Shown here piece after piece: positions 23,135-32,000 of a DNA stretch of 32,000 nt. The position numbers and the translations under genes are program-made. The stretch is from Zygophlyctis sp. KS116 (taxonomy: Eukaryota; Fungi; Chytridiomycota). The stretch spans positions 30,001 to 62,000 of the forward strand of contig BAAFSQ010000008.1 in the NCBI GenBank assembly GCA_054661495.1, read 5' to 3'. Numbering within the stretch: the first letter of the stretch is position 1; every line of letters starts with the position of its first letter. The notes beneath the pieces were generated by a model that was not told where the DNA came from, did no database searches, and saw only the letters and a list, made by a program, of their open reading frames with translations.

Positions 23135-25267
23135 TTAGGGCAATTTACTAAATAATTTATTAAGCAAGATATCAATAGATAATTGTATAGAACCAATCTT
23201 TAGAATTCTAATGTCGTAAAGTTTCTTTTCCAATAAATCATCCACCCAAAAGTGAAAATCCAACTTTTGGGTTTTTTTATCATTCAGAACAATTAGTATT
23301 ATACCAGGCTGCTTCATAGATATATGAATTGATAAAGATCTTGGGTTTGGTACACTATCATTGCTGATAAGGCCCATCTTGACTCCTTTACTGTATTTAA
23401 TTATCAATGGTTTCTTTCTGACACTGATCTGAGCCCGTGTACAAGTATGAAATACTTTATAGGCTTCATGCTGGTTTACCAAATATATGTGATATAATTT
23501 GATTTGTTCCAGGTAAGAACCAAGATGTTCTACATCGGATTTAAGGCCCATGATGAATACATTGGTTTTTGGCATCTACCATTAGTTCTAAATTGATTGA
23601 TTACATCTTCCAAAACTTCCATGAAAAAGATACTTTCAGAACCAAAAACAATTCCTGGTTCAATGTGTTCCAAATCTTCTAGTTGCTTTTGAATTAAGGA
23701 AGCACGTCTGGAACCACCTTTATAGTTGCTAGCAGTTTTGAGAATTGATAAAATATTGTCCTGAGAAATATTGGCGATTTTCATCATTAAAAGTAAATCT
23801 ATCAAGGATGCTTTTGCATCCATATAAAGTGCATCCAAGGTAGATAAAGAATCTTGAAGTAAAATTGAAGGTGTTGCTTTCATGCTGCTCAAGGACCACC
23901 TATTAAATAGGTTAAGCGATAATGACTTTTGTTGTTGAAATGGCTTGGCTTTGGGAAGTTCCATTTCTTCTAGAAACTTTTGAAGAATCGTCCCATCTTC
24001 AATATTATCCACCAATAATTTTTGATCTTTTGATATGATAGAATGAAGAAAATAAACATCTTCAGAACTCATTTTCAACGTGTTTGATTTGGCTAAAAAT
24101 AAATATTGTTGAATCTATATTTTATATTTTATAAATTACCTGTAATTCCCTATGGAAATCAGAAACATCACATATGGTATCTATAAGTATTTCCAGTTTA
24201 ACTGTCATGAGTGGATAAAATAAAAAGAATGCTCCTTGATCAATTTTCATGTGATCTGATTCACAAGACTGACCAACTTTAACCAATACTTCCTTTAAAT
24301 TACAAATGCATTCTTGATCTAAATCAGCAGACTCTTCAAATTGTTGGATAATTTTTCTTATAAAAAACAGATAAAGTTCTTTATGTATAGTCTTTACCAT
24401 TTCTTGAGATTTTCTTCTCCTCTAAAAAGTTAAAATATTTAGAATTACTCGTAAAAAGGACCTCATTTGCTTAAATATCCACCGGACACCATAAGGAATA
24501 CGATCTACGCACAAATATAATAGATCAAGTGTCTTTTTCGCTATATCCAAAACAAAATCTAATGTTAGATTACTGCTATATCCTAATGATTTATATTGAT
24601 CACCATTTTCTTGCGCTAGCGATTTGATAATTGTTGAAAATAATACATGCGCTCCTGTTCGACTAGTATTTAGTTTGGAATATTACATCCAATATGCATC
24701 AAATATTTTCGTGAGGACCAATGCTTCAACATCATTACTAAAAGATCCACAATGATCAATTTCATGCGTTAAAATTAGATAAATTAATGTTAAAAACAAA
24801 TATTCATCCCTATCAGTTTTCTGAAACAAGCATGAGCATGCAATATTTATCAATCTATCAGCATCTTTTGGGCTTGCATTAATCAAAAGCCTTGAATAAT
24901 GGCCCGGTTCGGTTTGTAAAGCAGACATCAGGTTACCATAGATCTGTTTCTGATGATCTGATACTTCGATCCCATCAATCCCAGTTGTATTATGAAATAA
25001 CTGTGCTAGACATGATATTCGCGAATCTAAATACGCAATACTCTTCTTTAGTTCATGATTCTCCACAGTTTCTTGATAAATCTTGAGCATTAAATCCTGT
25101 CTTTGCTCTACTAATTCTGTTGTGTTTGTTAATGTGTATGATGTGGAATCAGTCCGAAGCGGAACGGGCTCAAGTGCACCAATCGAACAATTACCAAAAC
25201 TCTGGTTAATTATTTCCTTTGAAGAAAGATAAAGGGATGAATCATGCATTGAATGCAAATCATACAT
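23135..25267 (-). CDS. Divergent Gap1/Sar1-type (IQGAP-related) RasGAP-domain protein, ~675 aa (introns 24663-24686, 24422-24448, 24115-24139, 23576-23604; possible extra 5' exon 25326-25361)
   Basis: YLDSRISCL, YGNLMSALQTEP, RDEYLFLT, IPYGVRWIFKQMR, FFIRKII, ICDVSDFH, QHEAYK and DDLLEK echo fungal Gap1/Sar1 RasGAP and RasGAP_C motifs. The start codon is uncertain. Confidence 0.72.
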
Positions 25268-25362
25268 TATATGCAAGAGCTTCCACTAAAAAATCAAAGT
25301 AAAATGATCCGCAGATAATCCGAACATCAAAATCAATCCTGACAATGTCCGCATGGCCCATT

Positions 25363-25640
25363 TTATTCCCAAGGCTTCTTGATTGGATCTTTTGTGGCGA
25401 TGCTCATCGCTTGATCATTGTATCGCTCCTGAATGATTTTACTTGGGATCGGTATTCCCTTAAGCACCATATCCATTGTTTCCTGAAAACTCCTATTGAT
25501 TATCGGATCTGAAGGATTAGAAACTACAAGTCTTATATTAAAACTACTAAACTAAAATACTGAACTTCATTTTCTGCCAAATCTTGTCGATCAGCTCCAT
25601 CATGAGCTCCATCATCAGCTACTACTTTATCTGCAGTCAT
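25363..25640 (-). CDS. PEX39: 82-aa KPWE-motif protein, PEX39/C6orf226-like (intron 25532-25560); absent from the ORF track
   Basis: Spliced translation: MTADKVVADDGAHDGADRQDLAENEVQLVVSNPSDPIINRSFQETMDMVLKGIPIPSKIIQERYNDQAMSIATKDPIKKPWE*. The pattern SF.E....v..G.PIP....KPWE-stop matches the KPWE-domain family. Confidence 0.75.
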
Positions 25641-28600
25641 TTTAATCCTAACGCTATTTCACGAAGAGTTTTCATCTTGTTGTGAGGAAAGAAGCTAAGG
25701 AAATTGAAAAATATTAACCTCTATGCTTTAAATTAATTTAACATACCCATGAATTAGGAACTTGAAATTGACCGTCTGAATTCAGACGTGTCAAGAATAA
25801 GACACTAGAATTAAAATTTAAAATATTACCTAAATAATAATGTTGCAAGTGATAAGTAATTCTCTCCGTGTTCCCTTGTGCCATAGTGTATTAATTGATC
25901 CACCAAATAAATATATTGAAATGAATAGTCATCTGCTCTGCTGATCATCATGTTCTAAATTTATTATTTTGGAAACATTACATTTTCTTCCATTTCAATT
26001 AGAGGCATTTCTTTTACTAGAAAATTATATATAGATAACTCTAATCGATCAAAAGAGAGACGAGATCCAGAAGCATACTTCAAATTAGAGTAAATAATTT
26101 ACATGAAACTGTTCAAGACTACCAAGACAAAGTTTGATAGGAATCCAGCGTTTTTCTTGAGGTCTCCTCCTGTTATAGATGGTGATATATTCCAGAATGT
26201 AGCGTTCCTATATTGTTATTCATTTCGAAATCATACCTTTCGTAGGTATTCGATATGCTCCATTAAGAGATCACGTCGAGGAACAATACGAAGCTGTATA
26301 GACGCCTCTGGTTGAATTAAAAACGTCGGGTTTAGACTGCTACATTCTCCGTCCAAATTAAGAACTGAAAAGTATACAGATTCATTAATCACCAAACATT
26401 CTAATTCATCTCCCAAAAGATTACCAATGGAAAGCAAATCTTTACTGTCTTGCAGAAAGCTGAGCTGCCATAGCTCACCGTTTTCAGGATAATAAGCGTT
26501 ATTCTCTAAAGTACCATTAAAAGTGAATTCATGCACAGAAAGACACATCTGAGGCTGTCTACAAGCCGCCTTAAATTGAACCACCTTGGAAAAATCTTTA
26601 ACTAAACGGCAATTAATCATGATCTCTGCAAGTTTCCAGATAGGCTTACTCGCTTCATCTAAAGTCATTTGAGATAATGGTTTTGATAATGGCTTGACCT
26701 GTTTCGGGGGACAAAAGCGAACATAAACCCTCACGCTGGACTCCGCATCTACAACCAAATATCTGAAGAGTTTAGCAGTAGTTCTTGATAGCTATATGTT
26801 TTAAAAAATATTATTTACCGAAAATATAATTTCACCATCACCTGGATATTCTAAAGTAGTATTTAAAACAAATTCTAAAGGAACTGATTCATGGTTTTGA
26901 ATAATCAAGCTCTTTGCAGAATCAGTTTCGTCAAAGTACACATCTTCAATCTCTATCAGACTAATTTCCGAACTGAGACCACTAACATAAACGTCAAACG
27001 CATGATTTGGAGCCTGAGAATCGGAAGGAGTAGCTGTTTCTACAGCAGTTCTCTTAAAATTATGTGAAGCCACCACATCCATAACAACTTTTATAATCTT
27101 GCAATCCTCAGCATTCTCCATATTTTCCAATAACACATATGTTGAATAAGATCCTCTCACACTAGGAATCACACTAATGTTAATTATGTGGGTTTCTTTT
27201 TCATTTGTATTAGTTCCAGGGAATCCTTCAAAAACTCCATTACTTTGGCTAAAATTGAGCCAAGATATGTCTTTTTCAAGTATTCGAATACGGTATGCTA
27301 TTCGTTCCCTTGTCGGATTTTCAAGGTAAAGCTTTCTGATTAATGAGTTTAGACCAACATCCTGTTGGCCCAATTCTAATAAGAAAAATCCCCCTGCTTT
27401 CAAAATCCCACCTGACACAGGGTCAGATATTCGCTTGCAACCGCGAACAGCAATTATCGGAGGGCGCTTAGTAGATATGTTTGCAGGCGAAATATTCGCG
27501 GCATTTCTATCAGAAGTGCGTCCTTGACTTGAGGTTATCATTAAATTCTCGCTTGGATCAGAGTCCCTCATATTCAAGTCAGTGTTGGAAGAATATTGAG
27601 AGCCGACTCTAGATAAATTCTTTACTGCATCGAGATTTGTCCCTATATTCGGTGGCAGTATCTCTTCTATTCCAATAGCGATGATTTTTGGACCCAGCTG
27701 TATAGAATTTATGTCCATGATTTGAATTCTGATATCCTCTGACAGACCATCTCTTTTCGTGTCTAGGAAATCGACACGAAATGCTTGGGAGGAGTTGGGG
27801 GCTATTGATACCATCATATTATCACTTATTCCGATGATTTGGATCACAGACATTGAACTTGATGAAATTTCGACTGGAAGTTCAATTTTGATCTTAAGCT
27901 CTAGAGTTGAGAATGTAGACAGATTAGTGATTGTAAATTGTTCGGATTGAGCAATGTTTGGTGTTACCGCAGAATTATCCCAAACAGGGAAAGTTTGGAA
28001 ACGAATGTTTTCTGTAGATAGTTCAAATTGTGATTTTTCAACGAAAGAACCATATATAGGGATAGACTCTGCTATTTGCTTTTCGTCATAGACCATACCA
28101 TCGAACGTAGATACTTGTAAAGCTCCGAATGTAATTACAGACTTTGAAAATATCCAGCTGCATCTAGTATCATTCTTTGACAGTACTAAATTAGGCTTCA
28201 ATGTGGCCTTAATTTTGATTTCATCGCCTCTATTAGGGGATATTGTGATCGGACCGTTTACTTGCGTGTTTGAAGATCTAATCAGAATGTTAAATTCCAG
28301 GATATCAACCAACTCTGACGAAATTAAAGGCGTAAATTCGACCTTCTTCTCTTGAATTGAAAGATTTGTCACACAGAAACAAAAATCAGTGGCAGCAGCA
28401 GATGGCACCAAGGGATATGAAATTGGATCGAGAGATATCACATTATTGTGCAACCTTTCGATACGAATTTCTGGTATTGTTAGAACTGCTTTTATGCACA
28501 CTCGAAGATTATTAGCAGGATTAAATAAGTTGGTTATTGATATATTGAATATTTTCTCCCCGATCGATAAATCTTCTATAAGTCTTGGTTGAAGCAAGCC

Positions 28601-31600
28601 ATGATAAGAAAGAGACTCAAAAGGTTCGATCTGAGCCTGCTCGGGATCAAAGACTTTCCCGTCAGAATCATGAATGAGAATACATGATGGGTAAGAGATA
28701 CTGTAACAAAATGGTATTTCAGAAGAATTAGAAATCTTGAATGTGAAATATGACGGCTCCCAGGAATTAAAATGACCAATTTGACCAAGATCGATGTCAC
28801 ATTTGTCCAGAACTCCTATTGATTCACAGTAGCCTATATGGAGTTTTAATACCTGCAATGTATCGTTTTTTGTTGTTTCAAAAGTCAAGATTCCAGAGCT
28901 TTTAATCAATTGAGATGAATCAACCACTTCATCTGCAAAAATTGGTGAAGGGATATCAACGATAGCAATCGCCGCTTGATGTGGGTGAAGCATCAGACCA
29001 TATCCACAGATTACCAATTGATTTCTTGATGAAAAGGAAACATTCGGATCACAATGTTCCATTATGAATCCAGCCCCAGGTGCAACCAGCCATGTTAAAT
29101 TTAAAACAAGACTACTTTTGGGGTATAATTCCACTAATTCTTCTGATTTATTGTGAATTTTTAACTGATATCCCTGTTCGCATGATGCTGAGCTGATGAT
29201 TTCAAATTTCGTTGGATCACTGCTATTTGCGGATATATAAACGCTTTTCCAATCTAATACATCAGGTATTGGAGCGTCCACACAACTTACACCCAAAACA
29301 TTAGGATCAACAAACAGCATTACATCAACAGACAATTGCTGAACAGAGTTGTAGACATTATCAACCCTTATAAAATCTTTGAGTAGGCCATATTTCACGG
29401 CTTTCACTTTAACTCTTACTTTGTAGGAGTCCATATTCATTGAATCGGCAGGATCCAATTTTCCTTCGAGCAGATTGGTGCTAATCCATGAATTCATATT
29501 TACTAAACGAAAATGCATAGGCAAGTGAGGTGTCTTGTTGAAGATGATCAACTCTTCTTCAAACTCCTTCTGAAGTTGTTGAGTTGTTCCTAGATAAATT
29601 GTTGTTCTCTTAATTTCGATCAAACTTTGACCCGTAACCGCTTGAAATTTGACCACATGTGTTCCAACAATTACTGAAGACGGATCTTCATCATCTCGAA
29701 TATGAAACTTCAGACCTCCAATTAAGTTGCGAACCTCGGACACAGATATCGGATTTTGAGCTAAATTATTTTTCTTTACATTCGTACCCCCTCCATAAGG
29801 CTGAACAACCAAATATAAAATTTTAGAGTCACCCACAGATAACGAAAAGCTATCTATTAGAACCTCTAATGCCTCATCGAAAAATACCAAAAATTGCTGG
29901 GCTAAATTTGAAGTGATGGTTATGTAGAGAGCTTGATCTGTTATATTAGCAACCTTGATCGGAAAAGCCTGAGTATATTTTTTACTAGGATCAATAAAGC
30001 AATAACCAAAATTAATATCATCCACTAGAGTGTCCGAGATATCAGTACAGCGAAGATAACCCGATAATACCCCATAAAATTCAAAATTAATTTGAACCTG
30101 CGTTCGATCTTCTGTACATTCAATAAAAAGGGAGTGATATTGTTTTCCTTTTTGATTTGGAAGCAAGTCCACCATAATCTTAAGAGAGGACTGCGGAGCA
30201 ATTGATCCATATTCAGTTTTGAATGTAAAAATACTAGGCGTATCAGGCTTTAAAACTTTAAAACTTTTTTCTATCACTCCATCATTGCGGATGGTAAAGT
30301 AGCATTGTCTAAGTGTATTGATTTCGAGCTTTCCAAGATTGATGACGGAAAGATCTGCTGCAAAAGATCCTACAGGAGAATTCAAAGAAGGAATATCATC
30401 TATCTTACTAGGAGCTGACATTGATGGAGTGGTAGAATCTTTAAGATTTGCTACTGAAGGTTCATTGCCTTGAGATAATAACATATGATAGTTGAAATGA
30501 TCAAAACACACTACGCAATGAAAACTGACCTTTTTAATCAAATCTGAATTCTTATATTCTTGTACATAAATTGTTCCAGAGATATTTTTTGACGGATGAG
30601 GAGATTCCTAGTAACGTCAAAAATATTATTAATACCGAAGAAATCAATCCGCTATTTATAGCTCTAAATGATACCAGGACTGTTCGAATAGACCTCGGTT
30701 GAATCGAGAAAATAATGCTAGAGTTCGTCTTTTTTGTCCTGAAAGAGTTGATCCTACTTTCTATCCGGAGGCTTGATGATTGATCCGATCCTGCCGGCAA
30801 ATGAGTGTAGTCAAATTCATAATCATCTCCTACCAATCCACTCCTCAATCTGTCAATTTTGTCAGTAATCTTTTTCATCTTGTCTTTGCGCCCCTTCCTT
30901 CGGGCTATCTTAAGTTTTTGTTCCAAATTTTCTATTTGCTCTTCTACCTCTTTTGAAAGTATTGTAAGTTTTCGAAAGGTTTTACTACTTTTGGAGCTAT
31001 TCATTGAGTCCACATTGTCATTTTCTGACATTTCAAACTCGACTTCGCCTTCTAGGCCGCACTCTAACATTTCGGAAGGATTGAACTTGACCTCCATAAG
31101 CCGTGCATGTTTAGAGCTTGAGTTTGAGATGGTAATCTGCTGTACATGTGATGCCTTTTCATTAATCAAACAAACACCAAAATCAATGTCAAGACTTTCG
31201 ATAAAAAATGGAGTCGCCTTTCTCACGTTAGCCTTGATTGTGAGAACTTGATTGAAGTTATTATCGAGAACGTTTTCAATTATAAGTTTTTCATTGAATG
31301 CGCCAGATAGAGATGGCTCAAAAATAAATACTACTTCTTTTTTTCCGTACCCCCTAATGATTCCATTCTTATCATCTCCGAGCATTATATCTCCAGAAGA
31401 TATGGATCCTGATTTTTTTATATTGTAATACAATGGAACTTCAGCGTTGTTTCTGATTAGTATGGTCTTTGAACGTTTTTCATTTTTCTCTACAAGTCCA
31501 AAATTAATATGTTTCTGCCCCAATTCCATTACCGACCTGCAAATAGATGAGCGTATTAACAGTTCGCGAACAGGGATTTCAATTTTTCCAAAATTTGAAA

Positions 31601-32000
31601 CCGATTGCTTTTGTATCGCCTGATCAAACTCTATCAACTTGATAGAAAGTTTGAAATCATGCTTTTTTAACTTACCCTGACAAATAAGAAAAATAAACTA
31701 TACCTGAATATATGGTTTATCCGACCCATCAGGAGTAAAAATTACATAAATATTCTTTTGTGATTCTGGTGCAATTTCCAATGTTGATACCGGTTTCAAA
31801 AGCTGACCTTCTAACGCTTTCTGTAGTTCATGTAGCAGCAGAATCTTCAACAATACTGAACTCGCCTCGAAAAATGCTTTAGGGTATGTGCTGTTAGTAG
31901 CGTTGCCATTGCTGTCCAATAATACAAGTGCTAATTCCAGAGGATCTTTACAGGCCCTATACATTTCTACTAAATCGTCTTCATTCATGTATTCACTACG
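25637..32000 (-). CDS. Large uncharacterised protein with repeated Ig-like (ASH/PapD-like) beta modules; about 2050 codons inside the window, 5' end outside (introns 31677-31703, 30608-30635, 26792-26818, 26208-26236, 26078-26102, 25955-25981, 25805-25829, 25721-25746)
   Basis: Eight 25-29 nt GT-AG introns join four ORFs and five small unannotated exons into one frame ending at TGA 25637-25639. Recurring module starts include INFGLV..ILIRN, IDFGVC..ITISN, INLGKL..FTIRN, INFGYC..IKVAN and IDLGQI..FKISN. Confidence 0.75.

Noticed and set aside
25290-26230. Apparent ~900-bp non-coding gap that might hold an ncRNA or centromere
   Set aside because: It is filled by five small exons of the giant gene and the PEX39-like gene.

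Overview
This window is eukaryotic, AT-rich and extremely gene-dense. It is most likely from a zoosporic (chytrid-type) fungus; I infer this from fungal-type BZZ1, Gap1-like and Chk1 proteins occurring together with flagellate-associated CatSper and ZSWIM2. The fragmented ORF track is explained by about 58 GT-AG spliceosomal introns that I reconstructed by hand; all but one are only about 24-32 nt. After splicing I find 18 protein-coding genes: NOP56 (5' partial), BZZ1, CHK1, ZSWIM2-like E3 ligase, two tandem R7-family RGS proteins (DEP-DHEX-GGL-RGS), a CatSper alpha subunit, TOA1, KCS1/IP6K, NOC2, SOF1, PEX14, ARC40/ARPC1, ESA1, IBA57, a degenerate Gap1-type RasGAP, an 82-aa KPWE-motif (PEX39-like) gene missing from the ORF track, and a >2000-aa uncharacterised multi-Ig/ASH-like protein (5' partial). 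Highlights: (1) a candidate animal-like zoospore signalling module, in which one of two R7-RGS paralogues shares a 51-bp bidirectional promoter (with a perfect TGACGTCA) with a CatSper channel, next to ZSWIM2; (2) an ultra-short intron system with frequent AAG acceptors; (3) an operon-like chain of co-directional genes with an ATGA stop/start overlap and 1-2 bp spacers. I recognised no rRNA, tRNA, CRISPR array or mobile element. Family assignments come from remembered motifs; no searches were run.
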